64,000 bases of DNA from an uncultured virus (IMG/VR IMGVR_UViG_3300042396_000075). Its lineage: Duplodnaviria > Heunggongvirae > Uroviricota > Caudoviricetes. The stretch is from IMG/VR virus record IMGVR_UViG_3300042396_000075; one strand, 5' to 3'. This document shows, piece after piece, positions 9,242-20,500 of the stretch. The notes below the pieces were generated by a model. It saw only the letters and a list, made by a program, of their open reading frames with translations. It ran no database searches and was not told where the DNA came from. Each line of letters starts with the position of its first letter. The first letter of the stretch is position 1. Both the position numbers and the translations under genes were made by a program.

Positions 9242-10927
9242 ATGAAAGCTCCACCAGAAGTCCTAGAAGACTTTAGAAACCATCTTTACTTTTGTTTCAA
9301 GTACCTAGGCTTGGGTCAACCTACCCCTAAGCAATACGCTATGGCACATCGGCTCCAAGTAGGAACCAAGGATATGCTCCTACAGGCAGGGCGTGGTGAC
9401 GGCAAGTCCGTTATCATGGCATGCTATGTCTCATGGTTACTCTTGTTAAATCACAATACTACAATACTTGTATTATCAGCAGGGGCTGACCGGGCTATTA
9501 AGTTTGTATTCCAGACCAGAGCTATCCTAACTCAGGTTCCTTACATGAAGGATCTGGAGCCATTAGAGAATGACAAGGACAGTGCCTTTGGTTTTAATGT
9601 ACATACCCGTACCCAGTTCGGACAGGATCTGTCTGTAACGGCTAAGGGTATTACCTCACAGATCACAGGTCTACATGCCGATCAGATTATTGGTGATGAT
9701 GTTGAGATTGTAGAAAACTCTGACTCCCCTCAGGCTAGAGAGAAACTCTGGGAGAGATGCTTGGAGTTAGAGAATGTAGTAAATAAAGTTGATGTGGCTA
9801 GTATCCGATTCTTGGGTACACCACAATCTAAAGACTCTGTATATAATAAACTAGGTGGGATTTACCCCACCGTTAAGTTTCCGGCTGTCATGCCAGACTT
9901 AACTAACCCCGAAGAGATAGAAAATGTTGATGAATATATTCTTGGTCTGGGCTTTGAGCCGGGAGAATCGACTCAGCCTGAAAGATTTCCCACAGAAAAG
10001 CTTGCTGAAATTGAAGCGAAGATTGGTCCGACCAACTTTGACTTACACTACAAGCTTAAGACATCGACTTCAGATGTCAAAAGATACCCCCTTAGATTAG
10101 AAGATTTAATTGTATTGGATGTAGATCCACAGGTCTTCCCAGTCAAGGTAGTTCATGCTAAGAGTGTAGTCAATAAAAGAGTCTCTTCATTTGGTATGAA
10201 GGGTGATCTTGTTTATGAGCCTATGCATATTGAGCCATCCTTTGTCCCCTACAATCAGACGGTCTTATTCATAGATCCCTCTGGTCGTGGTGCGGATGAG
10301 ACAGCTCTATGTGTGGCTTCCTTTGCTCATGGTTATATTGTGATACATGAACTTACGGGTATCCAAGGGGGATACGATAGTCCTACCCTGATGAAGATCT
10401 GTAAGCTTATTAATCAATACAAGATTAACCTTGTTAAGTATGAGTCTAACTATGGTGATGGTATGTTTGGTAAGATCATCCAGCCTGTCATTGCACAGAG
10501 TTGTGGACAGATTGGTATTGAAGAGTACAAGGTTACAGGATCTAAAGAGAATAGAATCTTAAGTACACTTGAGCCAATCATGGCACAACACCGTCTTGTA
10601 TTTGATGTTGGAGTTATCCAAGACAAAGAGAATCAGATGCAGATCACTCGACTACAGAACAAACGGGGTGCTCTTAAGCATGATGACCGTGTTGATGTAC
10701 TCAGTGCTGCTGTGTCCCATTGGATAAATGCTTTGGCTATTGATCCAGATAGAGAACTGATTAATAAGCAACAAGAAGATTATAAGAACCAGATTAAGGA
10801 TTGGATGGGAAACACAAGAGCACTTGGTATTCTAGGTACTAGACTTTCTGGTGCTGTTTTGTTAAATGGAAAAGATATTCCAAAGGGTAAGTTCGGTAAA
10901 TCTATATTAAAAAGAAATCGTCCATGA
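9242..10927 (+). CDS. Terminase large subunit (T7 gp19-like)
   Basis: QAGRGDGKS Walker A, IIGDDVE Walker B, LGTPQ, IDPSGRGADE nuclease motif, HDDRVD. Confidence 0.97.
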   Translation: MKAPPEVLEDFRNHLYFCFKYLGLGQPTPKQYAMAHRLQVGTKDMLLQAGRGDGKSVIMACYVSWLLLLNHNTTILVLSAGADRAIKFVFQTRAILTQVPYMKDLEPLENDKDSAFGFNVHTRTQFGQDLSVTAKGITSQITGLHADQIIGDDVEIVENSDSPQAREKLWERCLELENVVNKVDVASIRFLGTPQSKDSVYNKLGGIYPTVKFPAVMPDLTNPEEIENVDEYILGLGFEPGESTQPERFPTEKLAEIEAKIGPTNFDLHYKLKTSTSDVKRYPLRLEDLIVLDVDPQVFPVKVVHAKSVVNKRVSSFGMKGDLVYEPMHIEPSFVPYNQTVLFIDPSGRGADETALCVASFAHGYIVIHELTGIQGGYDSPTLMKICKLINQYKINLVKYESNYGDGMFGKIIQPVIAQSCGQIGIEEYKVTGSKENRILSTLEPIMAQHRLVFDVGVIQDKENQMQITRLQNKRGALKHDDRVDVLSAAVSHWINALAIDPDRELINKQQEDYKNQIKDWMGNTRALGILGTRLSGAVLLNGKDIPKGKFGKSILKRNRP

Positions 10928-11421
10928 GTATAGCTGTTGTAACAGGTATTGGTCCCCGTACTGGTACTTCATTTGTAATGCAAAGTGCTAAGAAGGCAGG
11001 ACTCCCCATCATAGGGGAGGCATTCAATAACATAGTTGTTCCCAAACACAACCCTGAGGGATACTGGGAAACAAACACACTCAATCCCAAAGAACTTAAT
11101 AACCATATTGTTAAACTTTGGTATCCTAATTTAATCACCATTAACACAAACAGAATATCTCGTATTGTTGTCTTAGAAAGAAAAGATAAGCTGGCTCAGA
11201 TGCATAGTATATACAAAGTCTTTAAAGACGAGTGTGAACTACATCCTATCTTTCTTGATCTAATTAACCCAGTGGATATATTCTACGAGCATGCTACTTA
11301 TTTAAATGAGTGGCTCAACAAACAAAATCAAAATAAAATAATGCGGGTAAATACTGAGGATCTCACAGATTCAATACCAGATATCTTATCCTTCTTAGAA
11401 AGAGGACTCAAATGGGAGTAA
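10924..11421 (+). CDS. Sulfotransferase-family protein
   Basis: VVTGIGPRTGTS (5'-PSB-like loop), NPEGYWE, VVLERKDKLAQMHS (3'-PB-like R...S). Confidence 0.7.
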   Translation: MSIAVVTGIGPRTGTSFVMQSAKKAGLPIIGEAFNNIVVPKHNPEGYWETNTLNPKELNNHIVKLWYPNLITINTNRISRIVVLERKDKLAQMHSIYKVFKDECELHPIFLDLINPVDIFYEHATYLNEWLNKQNQNKIMRVNTEDLTDSIPDILSFLERGLKWE

Positions 11422-12119
11422 TTGCAGCAGGAGCAATGGGAGCAATGGCTTTAGGTTCGGGTATTATGGGTGCATTGGGTTCAGCAAGTCAGGCTGACGC
11501 AGCAGCAAAGGCAGCAGAAATCCAGCAACGGAATGCAAACTTTCAGAACCAATGGGCAAAAGCAACGCAAGACAGAAATGTTATGCGAGAGTTTCAAGCC
11601 AACCTTCAGCGTAGTGTCCAGATTGAAAAGGGTGCTGCAACTGAACGAGCACTAGCGGAGTACTACTTAGACAAGTCATTCTCAAATCAAAAGAGTACAC
11701 TAAGCAAGCAAACCTCACAGGTCAATGCACAGTTCATCTCTTCAATGACAGCCCGTGGTATCACTGCAAGTAGTGGAACGGCTAGAGCAATGCTTCGTCA
11801 GAACATTGAATCCTTAGGTAGCAACATGGTAGCCCTCAAGCTGAACCATCGTAGTGCCTACCAAGACATCATCACACAACAACAAACAAGACTAGGACAA
11901 CGAGGCAATGCCTTTGCTCCAGACCTTGGAGTCTTCATTCCATCTAAGGGTGGTATTGCTAACAACTCCTCAACTGCATTGACCACTGGTTTAATTCAGG
12001 CTGGTCTGTCGGGAGCATCTGTTGGTATTCAGTCTGGTCTACAGTATGGCTTTAAACTTCCCGGTGGCGGTGGCAGTGGTGCTCCTGCACCCATGCCTTA
12101 CTCAGAAAGAGGAGGATAA
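11412..12119 (+). CDS. Internal virion / ejection protein (T7 gp14-like)
   Basis: Gly/Ala-rich hydrophobic N-terminus, Gln/Ala helical core, Gly-rich C-terminus; first of four consecutive large helical ORFs. Confidence 0.7.
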   Translation: MGVIAAGAMGAMALGSGIMGALGSASQADAAAKAAEIQQRNANFQNQWAKATQDRNVMREFQANLQRSVQIEKGAATERALAEYYLDKSFSNQKSTLSKQTSQVNAQFISSMTARGITASSGTARAMLRQNIESLGSNMVALKLNHRSAYQDIITQQQTRLGQRGNAFAPDLGVFIPSKGGIANNSSTALTTGLIQAGLSGASVGIQSGLQYGFKLPGGGGSGAPAPMPYSERGG

Positions 12120-12122
12120 CCA

Positions 12123-13172
12123 ATGGCTAAGAAAGATTTATACTCTTCATTGCAACAGATTGCAACTGAAACAAACATTACTATGGTAGATGCAGTTAAC
12201 ACTGAAGACATGATTGACAAGCAAGACATTGCTAAGATTAATCAAATCACAGAGTTAGCAACTAAGATGTATCCTACTAACGCACAGAATAGATTCAATT
12301 ACTGGAAGAATAATAATTCCCTTGACAGTCTTTCCAACAATAGTAGAAACTACTTCTGGAAGGAATACGAGAAGATGCACCCATCTGGTAAGGATGGGGC
12401 AGTCAGTGACTTTATCAACACCAGTCTCATTGAGTTAAACAATATCAGTGGAGTCTCCAGTAAGGAGTTCTTCCTACGAGATCGTATGGCTAACTCTCCT
12501 GAGTGGGCAAGATCAGCCCTTGCTCCAGAGCTAGCTAAGCTTTCAACTGTAGTGGCTACGGCTAACTTCAGTAAGGCTAGTCAAGTCTACTCTAACACAT
12601 TGAGTGGTAAGGTTAATAAGTTCCTTATGGACAATGAGCTAGACCCTGATGTGTCTACTGACCAACACTCCTCTGACTTTATGAAGCTAGAACAAATGAA
12701 CTTGTTTGATGTAGCCTCTGTAGTCAATGGTCGTATTGGTATCTACAATCAGAATGGATCCTTTGTCCCAAGCTTTGGTCTACAAGACCGCAAGCAAGCT
12801 TTACCAAATGATCCATATGGTGCTCCTTCGTTTGCTGAACAAGTCTTAGTTAAAGACACAGCAACACAGCCAATCAAGGAAGCCATTGAGAATAAGATCT
12901 ATTCCCAACGCAGTGTTATCTCTAGACAAGAGAAGCAATCAGCAATGGAAGTCTCTAAGCTTTTAGAGTCAGGTCATTATAACATTGATAGATGGAATGA
13001 AGCCTTTGCAGTTAACCCAGAGTCTTCCGCTAAAGACCAAGTATATCGTGGTCTTCGTGGGGAGATTGCAGCTGGTAGAATTAAAACAACAAAAGAACTA
13101 ACAGAAAGTATTTATACAGCTATGTCTAAGTACCCTAATATGTTTGGAGATACAACCAATGCCAGCACCTGA
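12123..13172 (+). CDS. Putative internal virion protein
   Basis: 349 aa helical ORF with GGAGG RBS, within the ejection-protein cluster. Confidence 0.5.
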   Translation: MAKKDLYSSLQQIATETNITMVDAVNTEDMIDKQDIAKINQITELATKMYPTNAQNRFNYWKNNNSLDSLSNNSRNYFWKEYEKMHPSGKDGAVSDFINTSLIELNNISGVSSKEFFLRDRMANSPEWARSALAPELAKLSTVVATANFSKASQVYSNTLSGKVNKFLMDNELDPDVSTDQHSSDFMKLEQMNLFDVASVVNGRIGIYNQNGSFVPSFGLQDRKQALPNDPYGAPSFAEQVLVKDTATQPIKEAIENKIYSQRSVISRQEKQSAMEVSKLLESGHYNIDRWNEAFAVNPESSAKDQVYRGLRGEIAAGRIKTTKELTESIYTAMSKYPNMFGDTTNAST

Positions 13173-16100
13173 GCTTAATCCATTACAACAGACAATCTTT
13201 GAAGAAGGACCAAAGGCTGGCTTTGTGCCGCCTGAGTCCATCAACATGTACAAGGAAACCCCAACCCAATTTGGACAGCAACCTATTGGAGTTGAAGGTG
13301 CAGATATTGATTGGTATGCATTAGGCGAGAGTGGCTTTAAGATTGCCAATGAAACCTTTGGTGCTGTAGTTAATAACTTAATTTCATCTAAGGGTAATGC
13401 TATTGCAGAACTTAAGGATGTATATTCAACTAAGCTAAATAATGCATATATTGAACTCAATACAAAGCAAGCTGAAGCTAGAGCTAAAGGTATAGCAATA
13501 GACCAGCCAATCATGGATAGCTTAATTTCAAGAATTAATGAATATAAAACCGAGTGGAATGACAAGGCAAGAGATGTCGTAGAGAATAATCAGGGTGGTT
13601 TATTTGAACCCGCCATTGATTACTGGGATCCTGAGCTAGACATTAAGAGCCTAGGTTCTAGGTATCAAGAACTCGCCTTAAGAGTTCGTTCATCTGATAG
13701 AGATATCTCTGCTGCATCAACAAAGCTTTTGTTTGATGCTCAATTCAATAACATTGGTAAGCAGAAGAAAGACTTTGATGCTAAGCAAGCAAAGTTTGGC
13801 GCAGTCCCTTATAAGGCTGGTGATACTGCAAATCTGGTATTAGCTGGAGCTTCTCCATTGAATGCTGTAGGATCTCAATATCCCCCAGTTTCTCCAACCG
13901 ATCCAACTAATACACCTTACTTTTTTACGCAACTAAAGGATGGTAAACTTACACCAAAGGTAGATGCTGCTGGTAACCAAGTAGTAATCCTAGATCCAGC
14001 TACAGGTCAGTGGCTCTGGAATTCTGCAGCAAGTCAAGATGGCTTAAATGAAAATGAGACTAAGCAGCTTGTTGACTATGCTCAGTTTAGTCCTTATGCA
14101 GAATATAGAGATCGCTCAGCTATTGCATCTCATCAAGGTATGCTGGCTCCAGATTCAGCGGATGTCGTTAAGTTTGTATTTAGTAAGCCAATTGCTACAA
14201 GATCACCACAAGAAATGTTTCGTGTTGCTCTGATGCTAAATCAACTTCCTGTTTCAACACTATCTGATAACCTAAAGGAAATCGGATTGAATGAAGAAGA
14301 TATGGGCATGGCTATAGTCCTTAGAGATGCTGTTCAAAAGGGCGGCACAATGCAAACTCTATCAGAATTAAAAAACATAACCGCAGCAGATATTGGTGTA
14401 GTCAATGAGATTTTAACTTTCGCACAACAAGACAGCCCTTATATAAAAGGTGCTGCAACTAAAGCCACTACATTAGTATATCTAAATAACATTGTTCGCC
14501 CTCTTGTTGGACAAGCATTGGGTCTGAATGACAAGCAACTAACCGATTTACTGGTAGAACTTAATGGAGATACTGTAAAGGATGCGGGTGGACCTGAGAG
14601 TCTTGTCCGTGTTTTAAAAAACAATCCACAACTACTTGGAACTGCCCTACGAGCTATGGCTTATGTTGAAGCTAATAGACGACAGTTTCTAGTTGAAGGT
14701 CGCGCTGGTGATTTAGATGCAAGTAAGGTAGCTGCGTTTGCTGCTACGTTTAATAAGACACTTGCAAACCACCGGGGTATTACCGCTGTAAAGGGTGCTG
14801 ATGGTAGTATGGTTTCTGCTGAAAGTCCTGATTTATCTTACACAAATACTCTTAAGCCTGAAAACACAAAGCTTAATATATTTGATACACACTTTGCAAG
14901 TTCCTATAGTACAGATGATCTGACTAACCCTACTGCTGTTAGAGACTCCGCAATTAAAACTGCAAAGGGTTTAGTCCCTGATTTAAATGAACGACTCTAC
15001 ACCTCTTTCTTAGACAACATGGTTGTTAATCAACCAAATGGTCTAGAAGATAAAACACAAGTTTCTAGAGTTATTCCAGTGGGTGAGCAAGGTAGACTTG
15101 CCGTTGCTTGTAGTGCTGCTGTAATGAAACTCAATGGATATGTTCCAGTAATAGGAGCAACCGCAGAGGCAGACTTTGCCGCACAACTTGCTGCAGTCAA
15201 AAAGGGTTATGCACAGATTCCACCCATGTCAGAATGGGGAATCGAATATAGTGTTAGTCCAAGAGAGCAAGGGTTTATGACCTCATCAACTGGCGGTCTT
15301 CCTCTGGGATACCGAAGGATTATGATGGGTAATGTAGATGTACTTCCCTATCTTACTCCCGCTTCTCAGATTGATTCCAATGGTGTGTTTACCCCGCGTA
15401 GAAATGATGGCACTCCTATATTAAGAGTACCCGCATCAAGAGACAATGGGGGTGCATATCGTATGACACTAGAGAATCTAGAAAGTTATAAAATAACTAA
15501 GACTCCTTCTTATACGATTGTACCTAGCAGTGAAGCGGCAGGAATACTCCCACAAGAGATGGGTATTATTATGAGACAAGCAGAGCCACAAGCTGTCAAG
15601 GCTGTTGCTAGAGCGTTTGCTAATCAAGACAAGCTATTACTAGCAAACATGACTGCAGATGAGGCAAGCACCATCTTCATTGTTAATGCTGATAAGATTA
15701 TGGATATTGTTGAAGCGGATCCTCGCCTCAAACAAATCAAGTATCTACTACAGAACGATATAACCGGAGAGAAAAAAACTGCTGTCTTTAGTCAAGAGAA
15801 CTTTGGCATAATGTTTGAAGACGCAAAGAAAAAAGGTATTACTACTGTTGCTGATTTTATCTCTTACACTCTCGGCGTTGCCGTAGCTAAGTTAGAGAAC
15901 AGACAAGACCAATCAGACTTTATGGAGGCTGCTGCAGAGAATGCTTATAAGCGATCTCTATTATCAGGTGGTCCTCCTATGCCAATTCACGAAGGTGATT
16001 CAGTAGTTCAGGCTGGTCCAGCTGCAGGTATGTCCCTATACCGACCAAACTCAGATAGGTTTGTTCGCAATATGGATAGCTCAGCTCGTGGTGGTAGCAA

Positions 16101-17463
16101 TATTTGGAAGCAAAAAGATAGCAATGTATTCTATGTCTACCGTGCTGGTGAAGATGTTGATACTACAGAGATGGAGCCTTACTTTGAAGGGCGTAAGCCC
16201 AATGAAGATGAAGCTACTTATACTGCACGATTCAACAGCGTCTTTGGTTCTATCTTAACAGATAATAAAAACAAAGAAGCGGCTAAACGAACCAGCCTAG
16301 AAATGATTGGTCGTAGTTCTGCAATGCCAATTGAAGCATCTATCCAAAAGAAAACAGTTCTACCGTCTTCACAAATTGCTGCTTTTACGAAATCTTTTAT
16401 AGAGTTTATGGATAACAATCGTTTGGTTGGTTTAAATTCCCCTGCCAGTCTTCTTGAAATGAAGACCTATGATTTCACTGGTCTGTATTTTGATACAGGT
16501 GAACTACCAAAGGAATGGTCTGATCTTCCACAACAGTATGCACTTCCGGGTAACTCTAGATATATTAAGCCATACCAGACTAAAACATTTGGACAGGCTA
16601 TGGACACAGCGGCTAGCGAATTAATACCTGCTCTATCAGATGCAGTGGGCGCACTTCCAGATGCAGCTATGGCTATTCCTAATGCAATGAAAGAAACTGG
16701 AACAGGTCCGGATGCTTTCCAACAAGCCGGACAAAATATGATGCAGCAAGGTTATGATAACCTCAAAGCTTCATTACTTAAAGAAGCAATGGTAGGTGGT
16801 GATATAGATTCTGTATTAGCACAAACTGTTGGTGACCCAGTAGCTATTCTTAGAACACGCGATGAAGATGTTAAACTTTCACAAGACTCAGCAAACTTTC
16901 TTCTGACTGCATTTGATAAAGATCTGTCAACCAAAGTTATAGCTGAAGTTCTTAAGGGTACTAAACAACCTATGTATGGTGTTTCAAAAGATACTTACAT
17001 GAAAGTTATTGCTGATGTTGTAGCCAAGAAGTGGGAACCCGCTGCTCTTGAATATCAAATCAGACTTAATATTAAAAGAGACAGACTTCTTAAGGAGCGT
17101 CAAGGTTCCAAAGTTCGTATGACTTTTGATGAAGCTGTTGCTGGTGTTGATTCTACTTCCTTCCCGCTTGCTCCTTCCGAGGAAAAGCAATGGGTAGACT
17201 CAGCCCTCAAGGCTTGGAATGTTTATCAAGAAAGCCAAGTTAAGTCAGTCCTTGATGAAAAAGACTCTGGTCCTCAAGAACGCAACAGGAAGCGACAAGA
17301 AGCTACAAAAGAATTTGAAATGAAGTTAAGAGATCCTAGACAATTCATTGATCTCCGACAAGACTTCTTAATGCATTGGTTACTCCCACAGAGTAGAACA
17401 ACTAAATATACTCCAGACCAACTCTGGATTAAAACAATTACAAAACGATTGCTAGAAAAGTAA
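13159..17463 (+). CDS. Putative internal virion protein (gp15-like position)
   Basis: ~1434 aa; ATG at 13159 after GGAG; synteny. Confidence 0.55.
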   Translation: MPAPELNPLQQTIFEEGPKAGFVPPESINMYKETPTQFGQQPIGVEGADIDWYALGESGFKIANETFGAVVNNLISSKGNAIAELKDVYSTKLNNAYIELNTKQAEARAKGIAIDQPIMDSLISRINEYKTEWNDKARDVVENNQGGLFEPAIDYWDPELDIKSLGSRYQELALRVRSSDRDISAASTKLLFDAQFNNIGKQKKDFDAKQAKFGAVPYKAGDTANLVLAGASPLNAVGSQYPPVSPTDPTNTPYFFTQLKDGKLTPKVDAAGNQVVILDPATGQWLWNSAASQDGLNENETKQLVDYAQFSPYAEYRDRSAIASHQGMLAPDSADVVKFVFSKPIATRSPQEMFRVALMLNQLPVSTLSDNLKEIGLNEEDMGMAIVLRDAVQKGGTMQTLSELKNITAADIGVVNEILTFAQQDSPYIKGAATKATTLVYLNNIVRPLVGQALGLNDKQLTDLLVELNGDTVKDAGGPESLVRVLKNNPQLLGTALRAMAYVEANRRQFLVEGRAGDLDASKVAAFAATFNKTLANHRGITAVKGADGSMVSAESPDLSYTNTLKPENTKLNIFDTHFASSYSTDDLTNPTAVRDSAIKTAKGLVPDLNERLYTSFLDNMVVNQPNGLEDKTQVSRVIPVGEQGRLAVACSAAVMKLNGYVPVIGATAEADFAAQLAAVKKGYAQIPPMSEWGIEYSVSPREQGFMTSSTGGLPLGYRRIMMGNVDVLPYLTPASQIDSNGVFTPRRNDGTPILRVPASRDNGGAYRMTLENLESYKITKTPSYTIVPSSEAAGILPQEMGIIMRQAEPQAVKAVARAFANQDKLLLANMTADEASTIFIVNADKIMDIVEADPRLKQIKYLLQNDITGEKKTAVFSQENFGIMFEDAKKKGITTVADFISYTLGVAVAKLENRQDQSDFMEAAAENAYKRSLLSGGPPMPIHEGDSVVQAGPAAGMSLYRPNSDRFVRNMDSSARGGSNIWKQKDSNVFYVYRAGEDVDTTEMEPYFEGRKPNEDEATYTARFNSVFGSILTDNKNKEAAKRTSLEMIGRSSAMPIEASIQKKTVLPSSQIAAFTKSFIEFMDNNRLVGLNSPASLLEMKTYDFTGLYFDTGELPKEWSDLPQQYALPGNSRYIKPYQTKTFGQAMDTAASELIPALSDAVGALPDAAMAIPNAMKETGTGPDAFQQAGQNMMQQGYDNLKASLLKEAMVGGDIDSVLAQTVGDPVAILRTRDEDVKLSQDSANFLLTAFDKDLSTKVIAEVLKGTKQPMYGVSKDTYMKVIADVVAKKWEPAALEYQIRLNIKRDRLLKERQGSKVRMTFDEAVAGVDSTSFPLAPSEEKQWVDSALKAWNVYQESQVKSVLDEKDSGPQERNRKRQEATKEFEMKLRDPRQFIDLRQDFLMHWLLPQSRTTKYTPDQLWIKTITKRLLEK

Positions 17464-17500
17464 TCCTCTTTATGGCGCATTGCCCCCAGAAAGGATATGA

Positions 17501-20500
17501 ATGATTAATTACACTAACAACTTTCCTATAGTACCGGAGACACCAGAGACACCGAGACTGCAACCACAATACTACACAACTGGGAATCAATTCTTGATGG
17601 CTTATCAGGGTGCTCCTAACTATGTTGATATTGCAAGAATGCATGAACCGGGTTTTTGGGGACCACAGCCTAACACCCAAAAAGATACTTACAATAACTT
17701 ATATGCTCTATCACAAGCAGAGTCTATTAGCACAGGTAGTGCTCAGGGCTATGCACAAAAGATTGCGGAGTATCTAGGTATGGGACCTAATGAGTTCCAA
17801 GATTATTCATTGGGTGCATTTCAGCGTGGTATTTTAATGGGTCAGAAAGATGATCCCTTAGCTCCGGTAGAGTTTGGAGCCAGTCAGTTAACTCCTGAAG
17901 TGCAAGATAACCTTCGCTCCATACTTTCCAAGTTGTTACCTATTGCTAAACAAGAACCACAAGATCCTGAGAATCCTACTCCAACACAAAAAAGAGTGAA
18001 TGCTATGATGTACCAGCTTGCCTATGCAAAGGCAAGCGAGGTTACTAAAACAGATCTTGGTTTTTCTGTAGTTGATGCCTTCCGCTCACAAGCAGAAGTC
18101 TATGGTAAGATTCTAAATGCGTATACTTATGGAGCCGCAGGTGCTTTATATGATGGATACAATGCAGCTTATAATCCTACTAAGAATACTAAGATTGCTA
18201 GAGGCATTGATGATATTCTAAAGATTCGTAACCGAGTTGATTTAACTTTTGATCCTGCTATGTGGTGGCGTAATTTAGATCCTACCGTCCAACAGGGTTT
18301 TATTGAAAATGGTATATCACCAAGTACAATTAGAACAGCACTCAATGAAGATGAAGCCAACTTTAGAATTGGTGAAATAATCTTTAAGGGTGATACTCAA
18401 AAAAGAATTGAAGCCTATGCTCCCGGATATCTGGACAGTGGGCGACTAATCAGAGATAATTTGATTGGTGGTATTATAAATTCTTCGGATACCATTCCGT
18501 TTATTGCCCTAGAAATTGGAGCTACAGTTCTTACTGGTGGTGTTGGTAGTTTAGTTGCTACAGCAGCAGCAGCTCCTACTACAGGTTTAACTGTCTTTAG
18601 AGCAGCTCGTAATGTTGCTTCAACAATTGCTAAGCTTCCTCTGGGAATAAGTCCAACCTATGCCAAGAATCTTGGCTTGATTGGTGGCTCTACTCTAACG
18701 GGTGCAATCTTCGGAGTTGGTGCAGCCTTGCAAGAGACTACCAGACAAGAAAAACAAATTGCTTATGCTAATGCCCTTGTCTTTGCTGACCCAGAAATGC
18801 AGAAGGATTATGATCTTTCAAGCATTGGCTGGGCTGGTGGTGAGGGGTTTGCAATCGGCTTCTTGGGCTTTGGTGTGCTACCCCAAGTTGTAGGTAGTAC
18901 GGCTGGGGCTTTCCTAAACAAACTCAAGGGTGTCAATGTTGCCCCTCTGGGAGAATCTGTAGTTCGTATGACCGGAGACAAACGCTTTACCTATGAAGGT
19001 ACAAGCGTTGGTGAGGCTCTGGGATTCTACAAAGGCAAGTTAAGTCGTAAGGATGTAGCAGTTGATCTACCCCTCCATGAGAAGATCATTACCGAAGCCG
19101 AGCTAGAGGGTGTAAAGCCCTCAGCACAGCAGCTAAGTAATGAAACCCAGACTGCAGTCAATAGAGCTGATGCTCGTGCTGCAGTGACTCCTGATGCCGC
19201 TAGAGCAACCCCTGATGTTCCTATGACCAGACGGTTGGACAACGAAACCAGACAAGCCTATGCTGAACGCACAGGTGCTAATGGTACTCTCAGCAACATC
19301 ATTGAGTTTGTTACTGAGATATCCCGTAAGAACTCAGCGGGGGATGCGGTTAAGGAACGCGCTTCCCTTACTGGGACGGGTGATACCTTTGGTGACATGG
19401 GAACTACAGATAGACTTCGGATTCTTTATGCATCCGAAGAACATCTGAATACAACCAGACTTAAGGAAAAGGAAGCAGGTAAGTTAACCCCTGCTCGTGA
19501 GAAAGCCTATGCGATTATGGAGTCGCAGCGGCGTGGTATGATTAAACAATACACTAAGTCTCTGTCCAAGCCAGAGCGTAAGGCTCTCAGTGATAGTCTT
19601 GGTGGTGTCAAGAAATCTGTTAAGACTATTACGGAACATGTAGCTGATGCTAGATCTACCGTGATTACCTCAGCAGCCAAGAATGAAGCAGCTGAAAAGG
19701 CTGCAGTCAGCTTGCTGGGAACAGCGCGAGAGATCGTAGCTAACCCCACAAGGAAGGCTGAACTCCGTGCTGATCTTCCAAAAGAAGTCTTAGATATCCT
19801 TGATGCTGCAATCACTGAAGTTGCTATTACTGGCACAGTCAGTCCAAGTACTGTTGAAGCCCTAAAGGCAGACATCAGTGGTGTGGCTCGTAAGCCATCT
19901 AATAGATTGACGGACTCAATTAAAGAAGCCCTTAAGATTAAGAAGTTGAATCCAAAGCGAATGGCTTTGATCAACGCACTTAAGGATGACATTAATAAGT
20001 TCTCTTCACTAGTCTCTGGTAACCAAGCTAATGCTGAGAAGTTCTTTCAGTTCACCAATGATTTAGTAGATACTGGATTCATTAATGAAATTGACCAAGC
20101 TATTCTATTAGCTTCTGTAGTTCATTTAAACTTTGACTCCAAGGCTTTTGCAGTAGACTTTAAAATTCAATCAATTGTAGATGCGAATGGATTCATTGAG
20201 TACACAACAATTGGTGCTTATAACGCAAACCTTAATACAATAGTAATGAACAGCTCATGGATTGGTGATGACTCAGAGCGAAGAGCTATCACAGTCTTGC
20301 ATGAAATTGGACATGCTTATTTCCAATCAAGTGCAACATCTGATATCTATGTAGATAATTTAAAGATGTACAATAGTCTCACTAAAAACTATGGACCATC
20401 CTTATTAAATCTAGATGTAGCTAACATGGCTGATCCATTACTCTCCGCTAACTTCCTGAGTGTGTATCATCTTCAGAATGCAGAAGAAGTATTTGTTCAG

